This document shows, piece after piece, positions 1 to 9,289 of a stretch of 64,000 nt of DNA. Both the position numbers and the translations under genes were made by a program. The stretch comes from Betaproteobacteria bacterium (lineage in GTDB: Bacteria; Pseudomonadota; Gammaproteobacteria; Burkholderiales; Burkholderiaceae_C), in assembly GCA_025356445.1 (NCBI GenBank), contig JANXSZ010000001.1:168559-232558 (forward strand). The letters run 5' to 3'. Every line of letters begins with the position of its first letter. The first letter of the stretch is position 1. The notes under the pieces were generated by a model. The model was not told the DNA's origin and searched no databases. It saw nothing but the letters and a program-made list of their open reading frames with translations.

Positions 1-1047
1 CAGCTTGTCGGCACGCAGGGTAAGCGCTGCTTCTTCCAAGCTGGGGGATACGCCCTGCACCACGCCCCGCATAATCATGAAAGCAATGGGGGTGAAGGCA
101 AAGAGCTGCGCAATCCACACGCCAAACATGCCATAGAACCAGCGCGTTGGCTCGATGCCCAAAGCCCATTCGAGCAGCTGGTTCACCACACCGGCGCGGC
201 CAAACAGCAGAATCAAGCCCAAACCCACCACGAACGGCGGCGTGATGATGGGTAACATCGCCAGCACCTTGAGCGGCGCCTGAAAGCGCGAGGTACCGCG
301 CTCGGCCATCAGCGCCATCATGGTGCCCAGCACGGTAGTACCCGTGGCAGCGAGCAGCGCCAGCATCAGCGTGTTCCAGGCCACGCCGCAGCGGGTGCCC
401 CCTGCCAAACAGCCCACACCCCACACGCGCTCGTTGCCAATGCGGTTGTACAAGGCCAAAAGCGACCACTGGCCGTCTTCGTTCAAAAACGCACCGTACA
501 GCGCCTTGCTGACCGGGTAGGCGATGAACAGCAGCAGCAGCACACCACTGCCCACCACCGCTGCCGCAACAAACAGATCACCTTTGAAGCAACCCAACCG
601 CGCCAGTCCGAACGCGGCCAGCACCACCAAGGCCAGCAGCGCGACGATGCCGCCCATGCCGATACCAAACTGGTTGACGCTGAGTTCGCCCCAGGCGCTG
701 TTGAGCGCCGCAAATGACCAGCCTTTGGCACCGATCACGAAGCCGCTGAGCGTCAGCCCCAAGCCCCCGAACGCACCACCGGCCAGCAGCCACGCGCCTT
801 GGCGCCGGCCAGGGGCCATGCCTGCGGCAACGGCGGCGATGCCCAAGCCGACCAGCCCCACCAGCAACCAGGGGCGGCCTTGGGACAGGGCTTGCAGCAG
901 ACCGTTGGCGGTCTCCGCGCGGCCGAACACTTGGGGCAGCACAGCCACCCACGTTGCATCTTGTTGCGCGTACCACGGTAAAACCAGGTACGCCAGAAAG
1001 CCAATGGCCAGCCACAGTTGCACTGCAGCGTTGGGTTTTTTATGCAT
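1..1047 (-). CDS. ABC-type Fe(3+) transporter permease (FbpB/AfuB-like); 5' end complete, 3' end runs off the window
   Basis: The minus-strand frame is open from the ATG at 1047-1045 to base 1. It is missing from the ORF track because there is no stop inside the window. My translation starts MHKKPNAAVQLWLAIGFLAYLVLPWY, is strongly hydrophobic, and ends ...VQGVSPSLEEAALTLRADKL, an EAA-loop motif of ABC permeases. It lies directly downstream of the iron-binding-protein gene. Confidence 0.85.
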   Translation of the reverse strand, partial: MHKKPNAAVQLWLAIGFLAYLVLPWYAQQDATWVAVLPQVFGRAETANGLLQALSQGRPWLLVGLVGLGIAAVAAGMAPGRRQGAWLLAGGAFGGLGLTLSGFVIGAKGWSFAALNSAWGELSVNQFGIGMGGIVALLALVVLAAFGLARLGCFKGDLFVAAAVVGSGVLLLLFIAYPVSKALYGAFLNEDGQWSLLALYNRIGNERVWGVGCLAGGTRCGVAWNTLMLALLAATGTTVLGTMMALMAERGTSRFQAPLKVLAMLPIITPPFVVGLGLILLFGRAGVVNQLLEWALGIEPTRWFYGMFGVWIAQLFAFTPIAFMIMRGVVQGVSPSLEEAALTLRADKL

Positions 1048-1084
1048 CACTCAGCCCTAAAAAACAAATCAACAAGTCAGTCAC

Positions 1085-2167
1085 TTACTTGGGCAGTGAA
1101 TTCACATCTTTTTCCCAGCGCGAAATCAAGCGGCGGCGCTCGGCGCTGGCACCGTATTTGGCGTAGTCGTAATTGACGAACTTGATTTTCTTGAAATCAG
1201 GAATACGTGCATCCGATTTGCAGTTTTTGTTCGATGACACCTGAAACTGCTTGGCCGCGACCGCCATCTCTTGCGCAGCAGGGGTCAAAGCCCATTCATA
1301 GAATTTTTTGGCCGCATCCCCATTGCGCGAACCCTTGATCAGACTCATGGAGCCGATTTCTGCACCCGTACCATCAGACGGCGTGATCGTTTCCACCGGG
1401 AAGCCCTGCATTTTTTCACCGGGGCCGTCGTGAACAAAGCTGATCGAAATGGCCGTTTCACCCCGCGCTACGGCCTTGATCGGGCCGGTGCCAGAGCGGG
1501 TGTACTGGCTCACGTTTTTGTGCAGGGCTTTGAGGTAGTCAAACGCTTTGTCTTCCCCCATCAGCTGCACCAGCGTGGCGATCATGGTGTAAGCCGTGCC
1601 ACTGGAAGCCGGGTTGGCGACCTGGATTTCACCTTTGTACTCGGGCTTGAGCAGATCAGCCCAGGTTTTGGGGATAGAGAGTTTCTTCTTGGCCATCAGC
1701 TCCGTGTTGTAGCCAAAACCCAAGGGGCCAGAGTAGATGCCCACGGTTTTGAAACCTGATTGCTGCGCTTGCTGCTGCGCCCAAGGATGCAACTGGGTCA
1801 GCGTGGGGGATTGGTAGGCCATCGACAAGCCCTGCTCACCGGCTTGCAAATGCGGGTCACCGGTGCCGCCAAACCACACGTCGGTTTTGGGGTTGTCTTT
1901 TTCAGCGATCAACTGTGCCAGCGCTTCGCCGGAGCCTTTGAGCGACATGTTGATTTTGGTGCCGGTGGTACGGGCGTACACCGTGGAAATCATGTTGCAC
2001 CACTCGGCCTGCACCGAGCAAATCACGTTGACTTGGGCATCAGCCGCCATCGCACTGCCTTGCCCCAAAAACGCAGCCACGCCAGCCACCACACAGCCCA
2101 AGGAATGAACAGTCTTAGAAATTTTTGCCTGCATACACGCCTTTGTTGATTTTTTAAAACCCTTCAA
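1085..2167 (-). CDS. Fe(3+) ABC transporter periplasmic substrate-binding protein
   Basis: 360-aa ORF with a signal peptide (...AAFLGQGSAMAADAQ). The mature part resembles ferric-ion-binding-protein-type SBPs (GSGEALAQLIAEKDNPKTDVWFGGTGDPH, ANPASSGTAYT). The true start may be the internal Met at 2134. Confidence 0.85.
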   Translation of the reverse strand: MKGFKKSTKACMQAKISKTVHSLGCVVAGVAAFLGQGSAMAADAQVNVICSVQAEWCNMISTVYARTTGTKINMSLKGSGEALAQLIAEKDNPKTDVWFGGTGDPHLQAGEQGLSMAYQSPTLTQLHPWAQQQAQQSGFKTVGIYSGPLGFGYNTELMAKKKLSIPKTWADLLKPEYKGEIQVANPASSGTAYTMIATLVQLMGEDKAFDYLKALHKNVSQYTRSGTGPIKAVARGETAISISFVHDGPGEKMQGFPVETITPSDGTGAEIGSMSLIKGSRNGDAAKKFYEWALTPAAQEMAVAAKQFQVSSNKNCKSDARIPDFKKIKFVNYDYAKYGASAERRRLISRWEKDVNSLPK

Positions 2168-2249
2168 GCTTAAGACAACTGTTCAAAATGCATGACAGGG
2201 AATACGCCAGACGCAACAGGCACCGTCACACAGTTACACAAATACCCCA

Positions 2250-2276
2250 AATAACGTGAAACTAAGTTACATTATT
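2250..2276. promoter_or_regulatory. 27-nt imperfect palindrome, candidate operator in the divergent iron-ABC / zwf promoter region
   Basis: AATAACGTGAAACTAAGTTACATTATT. The inner core TGAAAC-TAA-GTTACA (2257-2271) has half-sites matching 5/6 and lies about 45 nt upstream of the zwf ATG. A HexR-type operator is plausible because hexR follows zwf, but this is not proven. Confidence 0.3.
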
Positions 2277-2314
2277 GACCGGTAACTTTCCCCCCTTTTT
2301 TATCTGGTGCGAAC

Positions 2315-3769
2315 ATGAGTTTTGATCTGGTTTTGTTTGGCGGTACGGGCGATTTGGTGTGGCGCAAGCTGATGCCAGCGCTGTTTCAGGCATTTCGGCA
2401 TGGCACGCTGCCTGCTGAAGGCCGCATCATTGGCGTGGCCCGTGATGAGTTGAGCGACACCCAGTACCGCGACCTGATTCGCCAGCGCTTTGAAAAAGTG
2501 GATCTGGCCAAACGCCCCAGCGAAGAAGAGTTCGCACGCTTTGCAGACATGCTGCATTACCTGCGCATGGATTTGTCACAGCCTGCGTCTTACGAAGCGC
2601 TCGCTGAGCTTTTAACCCACCGCAACGCCGATAACGTGGTGATGTACGTGGCGACTGCGCCCTCGCTGTTCACCACCGTGTGCGAGCAATTGGCAGCGGC
2701 GGGCATGAACAAACCACACGTCAAAATCGTGCTGGAAAAGCCGCTGGGCCACGATTTAGCGTCCAACCGCGCCATCAATGAGAGCGTGCGCCAGGCATTT
2801 TCTGAAAATCAAATCTTCCGTATTGACCACTATCTGGGCAAGCCTGCGGTGCAAAACCTGCTGGCCATGCGCTTTGGCAATGCCTTGTTTGAGCCACTGT
2901 GGCGTCGCGAGACGATTGCCAACATCCAGATCACCATCTCTGAAGAGCTGGGCGTGGAAAAGCGCGGCCCGTTTTACGACCGCACCGGAGCCATGCGCGA
3001 CATGGTGCAGAACCACGCGTTGCAACTGCTGTGTGCGATCGGCATGGAGCCACCGATCAACTCGCACGCCGACGCGATCCGCGATGAAAAACTGAAAGTC
3101 TTGCGTTCGCTTAAGGCGTGGACACCGACCACGCTGTCGCAACAAGTGGTGCGCGGCCAGTATGCAGCGGGCACGGTGGAGGGTGTGGCCGTCCCTGGCT
3201 ACCTGCAAGAGGCGGGCATTCCGGAGGATTCGACCACCGAGACGTTTGTGGCGCTGCGCACCGAAATTGCCAACTGGCGTTGGGCAGGTGTTCCGTTTTA
3301 CATCCGCACGGGCAAACGGCTGGCGGGGCGCGATGCGCACATCGAGGTGAACTTTCGCCCCACACCGCATGAGATTTACCAGTCCCCCCAAGGCAAAGTC
3401 AACCGACTCATCATCAACCTGCAACCCAAAGATGGCCTGGAGCTGCACCTGTTTGCGCAAGGGGCCAGCAACCGCCGCCAGCAGCAGGCACTGAGCCCGG
3501 TGCAACTGGATCTGGACTTTGACAAACGCTTTGGCGCTGACCGCGTGGGGGCGTATGAACGCCTGCTGCTTGACGTTATTCATGGCCGCCTGAACCTGTT
3601 TGTACGCAGCGACGAACAGGAAGAGGCTTGGCGCTTTGTGGAACCCATTCTGGAACACTGGAAGGCCGACACCACAGGCCCACGGCCTTATGCGGCGGGC
3701 AGCTGGGGACCGAGTGCTGCCAGCGCGATGATTGCGCGGGACGGCTACTGCTGGAGCGAAGAGTCCTGA
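2315..3769 (+). CDS. zwf: glucose-6-phosphate 1-dehydrogenase
   Basis: 484 aa. It has the N-terminal dinucleotide-binding motif LFGGTGDLVWRKL and the RIDHYLGK active-site motif. Confidence 0.95.
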   Translation: MSFDLVLFGGTGDLVWRKLMPALFQAFRHGTLPAEGRIIGVARDELSDTQYRDLIRQRFEKVDLAKRPSEEEFARFADMLHYLRMDLSQPASYEALAELLTHRNADNVVMYVATAPSLFTTVCEQLAAAGMNKPHVKIVLEKPLGHDLASNRAINESVRQAFSENQIFRIDHYLGKPAVQNLLAMRFGNALFEPLWRRETIANIQITISEELGVEKRGPFYDRTGAMRDMVQNHALQLLCAIGMEPPINSHADAIRDEKLKVLRSLKAWTPTTLSQQVVRGQYAAGTVEGVAVPGYLQEAGIPEDSTTETFVALRTEIANWRWAGVPFYIRTGKRLAGRDAHIEVNFRPTPHEIYQSPQGKVNRLIINLQPKDGLELHLFAQGASNRRQQQALSPVQLDLDFDKRFGADRVGAYERLLLDVIHGRLNLFVRSDEQEEAWRFVEPILEHWKADTTGPRPYAAGSWGPSAASAMIARDGYCWSEES

Positions 3770-3859
3770 GGTTTGCGCTGCCTGTGCTGCTTGCAGGATC
3801 AATGCCATCAAAAACAATAGCGCATCCAGCTTACTGGACATGCTGAAAGAGACAAAATC

Positions 3860-4708
3860 ATGCTAGAACGAATCCGCGCATCCCTCCCTTCCCTGGCCCC
3901 TGCTGAACAACGCGTGGGTAAGCTGGTCTTGAGCGATCCGCGTGCGTTCGCCAATTTGCCGGTCAGCCAGTTGGCTGAACGCGCCCACGTCAGCAAACCG
4001 ACGGTAGTGCGCTTTTGCCGCAGCGTGGGCTACGACGGGCTGTCGGATTTCAAGCTCAAATTGGCTGGCAGCGTGAGTGAAGGCGTTCCGTTTATCCACC
4101 GCAGCGTGGACATGGACGACAAAACCAATGACGTGCTGGTGAAGGTGATCGACAACACCGTGGCGGCGTTTTTGAAGTACCGCAACGACGCCAGCACCTT
4201 CGCCATCGAGCGCGCCGCCACGGCTTTGGCCGACACCTACAAAACCGGCAAGCGCATTGAATTTTTTGGTGTGGGCAACTCAGGCTTTGTGGCGCAAGAT
4301 GCACAGCACAAATTCTTCAGACTGGGCGTGAACACCATTGCTTACAGTGATGGGCATTTGCAGGTGATGAGTGCAACGCTGCTGGGGCCAGGCGACTGCG
4401 TGGTGGTGATTTCCAACTCAGGACGTACCCGAGATTTGATGGACGCGTGTGACATTGCCCGTAAAAATGGCGTGACCACCATTGTCATCACCGCCAGCGG
4501 CTCACCGCTGGCCTCAGCAGGGCAAATCCACTTGGCCGCCGATCATCCCGAAGGCTACGACCGCTACAGCCCCATGGTGTCGCGCTTGCTCCATTTGATG
4601 ATTGTGGACATCTTGGCTACCTGTGTAGCCTTGCGCATCGGCGGCGGCCGCTTGCAGCCGTTGCTGCAAGAGATGAAAAATAATTTGCGAAGCAAACGGT
4701 ACGCTTGA
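3860..4708 (+). CDS. hexR: RpiR/HexR-family transcriptional regulator (HTH plus SIS domain)
   Basis: 282 aa. It has an RpiR-type HTH (VSQLAERAHVSKPTVVRFCRSVGYDGLSDFK) and a C-terminal SIS-like sugar-phosphate-binding region (FFGVGNSGFVAQDAQHKF, VISNSGRT). It sits immediately downstream of zwf. Confidence 0.85.
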   Translation: MLERIRASLPSLAPAEQRVGKLVLSDPRAFANLPVSQLAERAHVSKPTVVRFCRSVGYDGLSDFKLKLAGSVSEGVPFIHRSVDMDDKTNDVLVKVIDNTVAAFLKYRNDASTFAIERAATALADTYKTGKRIEFFGVGNSGFVAQDAQHKFFRLGVNTIAYSDGHLQVMSATLLGPGDCVVVISNSGRTRDLMDACDIARKNGVTTIVITASGSPLASAGQIHLAADHPEGYDRYSPMVSRLLHLMIVDILATCVALRIGGGRLQPLLQEMKNNLRSKRYA

Positions 4709-4720
4709 CACAAGCCCAGC

Positions 4721-5731
4721 CTAAACCCGCCCCTCTTCCACCGCGTGGCAAGCCACCTTCACACCACCTAGCATCAATAACGCAGGCCGTTCAGCCTTGC
4801 AACGCGCATTCGCGTGCGGGCAGCGAGGGTGAAAAGTGCAGCCGGTAGGCGGGTTCAGCGGGTTGGGTACTTCGCCTTGCACCGGGGTACGGGCATGGCC
4901 GGTATCGTGCATTTTGGGAATCGCGTCCAGCAGCATGCGCGTGTAGGGATGGCGGGGTTCGGCGAACAGGGTGTATTTGTCGGCCAGCTCAACCAAGCGA
5001 CCTAAGTACATCACCCCAACCTGATCGCTAACGTGGCGCACCACCGCGAGGTTATGCGAGATGAACAGATAGGTGAGACCCCGCTCGCGCTGCAAGTCTT
5101 TCATGATGTTGAGCACTTGGGCTTGCACCGACACGTCCAGGGCGGAAGTGGGTTCATCACAGACCAAAAACTCAGGTTGTGTGGCCAAGGCACGGGCAAT
5201 GGAGATGCGCTGGCGCTGACCACCAGAAAACTGGTGCGGGTATTTCACGCGGTCCAGAGGGCTTAAGCCCACGGACTGCAAGAGCCCTTCGACGCAGTTA
5301 CGCAACTCGGCCTTGTCAGTGACAAGGCCATGCTCTGACAGTGGCTCGCCCACAATGCCCTCAACCGTCCAACGCGGGTTCAGGCTGGCATAGGGGTCTT
5401 GGAAAATCATTTGAATGCGACGGCGTAACGCGCGGCCTTGTGGCGTTTTGAAGGCGGCATGGGCATCCTGACCGTCAAATTTCACATCACCTCGGCTCGG
5501 TTCGTACAAGCCAACGAGCAGACGGGCCACAGTACTTTTGCCGCAGCCAGATTCACCGACCAAAGCCAGCGTTTTGCCCTGTTCAATCTCGAAACTGACG
5601 CCATCCACGGCATGGAGCAGCACGCGAGGCTTGCGCTCAATAACACGGTTCAGCCAAGGGACAGACACGTCAAAGGTTTTGGCAATGTCCGTGACTTGTA
5701 CCAGCGGGGCGTGGGGGGTGCTCATAGACAA
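4721..5731 (-). CDS. peptide/nickel-type ABC transporter ATP-binding protein (DppF/OppF-like)
   Basis: 336 aa. It has Walker A GESGCGKST, signature FSGGQRQRISIARAL, Walker B LVCDEPTSALD, and the C-terminal Cys-rich oligopeptide-transporter extension (PPTGCTFHPRCP). Confidence 0.9.
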   Translation of the reverse strand: MSMSTPHAPLVQVTDIAKTFDVSVPWLNRVIERKPRVLLHAVDGVSFEIEQGKTLALVGESGCGKSTVARLLVGLYEPSRGDVKFDGQDAHAAFKTPQGRALRRRIQMIFQDPYASLNPRWTVEGIVGEPLSEHGLVTDKAELRNCVEGLLQSVGLSPLDRVKYPHQFSGGQRQRISIARALATQPEFLVCDEPTSALDVSVQAQVLNIMKDLQRERGLTYLFISHNLAVVRHVSDQVGVMYLGRLVELADKYTLFAEPRHPYTRMLLDAIPKMHDTGHARTPVQGEVPNPLNPPTGCTFHPRCPHANARCKAERPALLMLGGVKVACHAVEEGRV

Positions 5732-6693
5732 GTCTCATGCAGCCAGCAAGCGGCGCGGGTCGCTCCAGCGGGGATCAAATCAGGGCGCACTTGGCGGCAT
5801 TTGTCGAAAGTCTTGGTGCAGCGCGGGTTGAAGGCACAGCCTTGCGGAATCGCATTCAAGCGAGGCATGGTGCCGTCAATTTGGTACAAGCGTTCGCGGT
5901 CAACCGCCATATCGGGAATAGCGGCCATCAGGCCTGCGGTGTAGGGGTGGGCTGGTTGGTTGATCACATCGTGAACCGGGCCAATTTCGGCCACACGCCC
6001 AGCGTAGAGCACAGCTACCCGATCGCAGGTTTCGGCAATGACGCCCATATCGTGGGTAATCAGCATTACACCCACACCACGCTCGCGGCAGAGTTTTTTC
6101 AGCAGGCTGATGATTTGAGCCTGGATGGACACATCGAGTGCCGTGGTGGGTTCATCCGCCACGATCAATTGCGGTTCTGCAGCCAGCGCCAGCGCAATGA
6201 CCACCCGCTGACGCATACCGCCGCTGAACTGGTGCGGAAAGTGGTCAATGCGCTCAGCAGCTGCGGGTATGCCTGTGTCTTGCAACAGGCTGATAGCGCG
6301 TGCGCGGGCCTCGCCAGGGGACACGGGCAAGTGCGTCAGAATCGTCTCAGTGAGCTGGCGCCCCACGCTGTAAAGCGGATTAAGCGAGGTCAGCGGATCC
6401 TGGAAAATCGCACCAATTTTGCGGCCACGGATATGGCGCATTTTGGCGTTAGGCAGGTTGTCAATACGCTCACCGTTCAACACGATCTCACCACTGGCAA
6501 TACGACCTGGGGGCTCCAGCAGCCCAATGATGGCGGCACCAGTCAGCGACTTGCCAGCACCGGACTCACCCACCACCCCCAAAATCTCACCAGGGGCGAT
6601 ACTGAAAGAAATGTTGTCGAGCGCCCGCAGCGTGCCATGGCGACCTGGGAACTCGACGACGAGGTTGTTAACTTGAAGCAGGCTGTGAGTCAT
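5722..6693 (-). CDS. peptide/nickel-type ABC transporter ATP-binding protein (DppD/OppD-like)
   Basis: 323 aa. It has Walker A GESGAGKS, signature FSGGMRQRVVIALAL, Walker B IVADEPTTALD, and C-terminal PQGCAFNPRC. It overlaps the next ATPase gene by 10 nt. Confidence 0.9.
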   Translation of the reverse strand: MTHSLLQVNNLVVEFPGRHGTLRALDNISFSIAPGEILGVVGESGAGKSLTGAAIIGLLEPPGRIASGEIVLNGERIDNLPNAKMRHIRGRKIGAIFQDPLTSLNPLYSVGRQLTETILTHLPVSPGEARARAISLLQDTGIPAAAERIDHFPHQFSGGMRQRVVIALALAAEPQLIVADEPTTALDVSIQAQIISLLKKLCRERGVGVMLITHDMGVIAETCDRVAVLYAGRVAEIGPVHDVINQPAHPYTAGLMAAIPDMAVDRERLYQIDGTMPRLNAIPQGCAFNPRCTKTFDKCRQVRPDLIPAGATRAACWLHETCL

Positions 6694-6716
6694 ACCAAAA
6701 GGGGTTCAAGTTCAAG

Positions 6717-7634
6717 TCAGCGCAGACGCGGGTTCAAAGCATCCCGCAGCCAATCACCCAGCAAATTCACGCTGAGCGCAATTACCACCAGCATCGCACC
6801 GGGGAACACGGTGATCCACCACTCACCGGAAAAGAGGTAGTCGTTACCAACACGGATCAAGGTGCCCAACGAAGGCGATGTGGGTGGTGCCCCCACCCCT
6901 AAAAACGATAATGTGGCCTCGGTGATGATGGCAGTCGCGACTTGAATCGTCGCGAGAACCATCACTGGCCCAAGCACATTGGGCAGCACATGCTTGACCA
7001 TGATGCGCACGGGTGCAACACCGGTCACGCGGGCGGCCTGCACATACTCTTTGCCGCGCTCGACCATCGTAGAGCCACGCACGGTGCGCGCGTATTGCAC
7101 CCAACCAGTCAGCGATATGGAAATGACCAGCACACCAAAGGCAAGAGATTCATCTGCATTCGGAAATATCGCCCGCCCCACACCGGCAATCAGCAAGGCG
7201 ACCAGAATGGCGGGGAACGACAGCATCACATCACAAAACCGCATGATGAAGGCGTCCACCACCCCACCAAAGAAACCTGCCATCAAGCCCAACCCTACGC
7301 CTACCGCCAGCGACAGCATGACCGAAGCCAGCCCGACGAGCAGCGAAATACGCGCACCAAACATCAGCGCAGAAAGAATATCGCGGCCTTGGTCGTCAGT
7401 GCCCAACAGGTACTTGGGGTTGCTCTCCGGCAACCAGAACGGCGGCAAGCGGGCATCACTTAACTCCAGCGTGGCAAGATCAAAGGGGTTGTGCGGGGCC
7501 ACCACATTGGCAAACACCGCACAAAACACGCAGATGAACGCGACGATGGCCGCTCCCACAGCGACAGGCGAGCTGCGAAAGCTGTAGCCAACATCGCTGT
7601 CCCAGAGTTTGGAGAAAAAGCCAGCCATCATCAA
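6717..7634 (-). CDS. peptide-type ABC transporter permease (DppC/OppC-like)
   Basis: 305 aa, multi-pass membrane protein. It has an EAA-type loop YVQAARVTGVAPVRIMVKHVLPN. Confidence 0.9.
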   Translation of the reverse strand: MMMAGFFSKLWDSDVGYSFRSSPVAVGAAIVAFICVFCAVFANVVAPHNPFDLATLELSDARLPPFWLPESNPKYLLGTDDQGRDILSALMFGARISLLVGLASVMLSLAVGVGLGLMAGFFGGVVDAFIMRFCDVMLSFPAILVALLIAGVGRAIFPNADESLAFGVLVISISLTGWVQYARTVRGSTMVERGKEYVQAARVTGVAPVRIMVKHVLPNVLGPVMVLATIQVATAIITEATLSFLGVGAPPTSPSLGTLIRVGNDYLFSGEWWITVFPGAMLVVIALSVNLLGDWLRDALNPRLR

Positions 7635-7640
7635 ATCCGT

Positions 7641-9233
7641 TTATTTGACACGGATGTACTGCCAAGGCATGCCGTTGTCTGGCCACTGCAACAGCTCAAT
7701 GTTCTTCTTGGACGCCCAGTTCAACGCTTGCTGATGCAGGGGAATATGGCCAATGTCGTCTTGGTGGATTTTCATGGCTTCAGCGATCATCTCGTTGCGC
7801 TTTTTGTCGTCGGTTTCAGACGCTACCTTGTCTGTTAACTCGTCCACTTTCGGATTGCTGTACGCCCCGAGGTTAAAAATACCGCGCCCACCATCACCAG
7901 GTGTAGAGAAAATCGGGAACAGCACATTGTGTGCATCCACGGTGCTGGCCGTCCAACCCAGCATGTAAAAGCTGGTGTTACGGCTCAAGATTTTGGGGAA
8001 ATAGTTGACCTTGGTTTCAGCTTCCAGGTTGATCTTCACGCCAATGCGGGCCAAGTTGGCGGCAACAGCTTGGCAGATTTCACCGTCGTTCACATAACGG
8101 TCATTAGGACAGTTCATCTTGACTTCAAAACCGTTGGGGTAGCCCGCTTCCACCATCAGCTTTTTGGCGGCTTCCGTGTCATACGGTAAGCGTTTGGCAA
8201 GCGCTGGCGCATAGCCTCGGACTTGCGGTGGCAGCATCTCCGCCGTCGGTGTAGCAGCACCGCGCATCACGCGGCTTTTGATGGTTTCAATATCAATCGC
8301 CTGGTAGAAAGCCTGGCGCACGCGCTTGTCTTTGAACGGATTTTTGCCCTTCACGTTGGAATACAACAGCTCATCACGCTTTTGGTCCATCCCCAAGAAA
8401 ATGATGCGCAGTTCAGGGCCCTGCCAAACCTTGAGGTTGGGGTTGCTTTTGACACGCTCCACATCCTGCACCGGGATAGGCTCCATGACATCGACTTCAC
8501 CCGACAGCATGGCCGCCACACGGGTGGCATCGTTGCCAATGGGGGTAAAAATCACCTCGTCCACATTGCCTTCGATCTTGCCCCAATAGTTGCCATTGCG
8601 CACAAAGGTAGTGCGCACACTGGGCTGGCGCTCACGCAGACGGTAGGGGCCAGTGCCGTTGGCACGGAATGACGCTGCGTTTTCAATGCCTTTGCGGCGG
8701 TCTACAGGCTTGGTGGCTTGATTGGCCTCACACCACTTCTTGCTCATGATGTTCCAGTGGGTAAACGTCTCAGGCAAGATAGGAAAAGGCAATGTAGTGA
8801 TGATGTCAATGGTGTGGTCGTCTATTTTTTTGATCTCTTTGACCTGCCCCACATAGCTTTTCATGTCCGAGCCATCGCTCTTGGCGCGCTCGTAGCTGAA
8901 GATAACGTCATCCGCAGTAAAGGGGGTACCGTCATGAAACTGTACGCCTTTACGCAGATTGAAGCGCCACACTGTAGGTGCAGTTTGCTTCCAGCTGGTG
9001 GCTAAAACGGGGGCCAGTGAAAAATCTTTGGCCCGCATCACCAAGGATTCGTAGACATTTTCATTCACAGTAATTTGCAGCGATTCATTCAGGGAATGCG
9101 GATCCATGGACTGTGCATCGCCCTGATTCGCAATGCGCAACGTCACAGCAGAGGCGGTCAGCCCAGTGAATGCCATGCTGGCTCCGAAGGCAATCAAAGC
9201 AGCTTGGGCCACAACAGAAGATTTAAATTTCAT
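7641..9233 (-). CDS. ABC transporter substrate-binding protein, family 5 (peptide/nickel type)
   Basis: 530 aa with a signal peptide (MKFKSSVVAQAALIAFGASMAFTGLTASA). Length and sequence are typical of DppA/OppA-family binding proteins. Confidence 0.9.
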   Translation of the reverse strand: MKFKSSVVAQAALIAFGASMAFTGLTASAVTLRIANQGDAQSMDPHSLNESLQITVNENVYESLVMRAKDFSLAPVLATSWKQTAPTVWRFNLRKGVQFHDGTPFTADDVIFSYERAKSDGSDMKSYVGQVKEIKKIDDHTIDIITTLPFPILPETFTHWNIMSKKWCEANQATKPVDRRKGIENAASFRANGTGPYRLRERQPSVRTTFVRNGNYWGKIEGNVDEVIFTPIGNDATRVAAMLSGEVDVMEPIPVQDVERVKSNPNLKVWQGPELRIIFLGMDQKRDELLYSNVKGKNPFKDKRVRQAFYQAIDIETIKSRVMRGAATPTAEMLPPQVRGYAPALAKRLPYDTEAAKKLMVEAGYPNGFEVKMNCPNDRYVNDGEICQAVAANLARIGVKINLEAETKVNYFPKILSRNTSFYMLGWTASTVDAHNVLFPIFSTPGDGGRGIFNLGAYSNPKVDELTDKVASETDDKKRNEMIAEAMKIHQDDIGHIPLHQQALNWASKKNIELLQWPDNGMPWQYIRVK

Positions 9234-9289
9234 CAGAAAGTCCTTTGGAGAAAAAATGAACGTCGCAAAAAGGAAGCAAAAGAGAACGC

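Noticed and set aside
524-1060. 178-aa plus-strand ORF and the 145-aa minus-strand ORF at 578-1015
   Set aside because: Both are Pro/Ala/Ser- or Arg/Gly-rich with no features. The third minus-strand frame, open to the window edge, encodes a convincing ABC permease with an EAA loop.
2240-2290. Fur box upstream of the iron-binding-protein gene
   Set aside because: The best alignment of the palindrome region to GATAATGATAATCATTATC matched only about 9 of 19 positions by hand. That is too weak to call, so it is kept only as an alternative interpretation of the palindrome.
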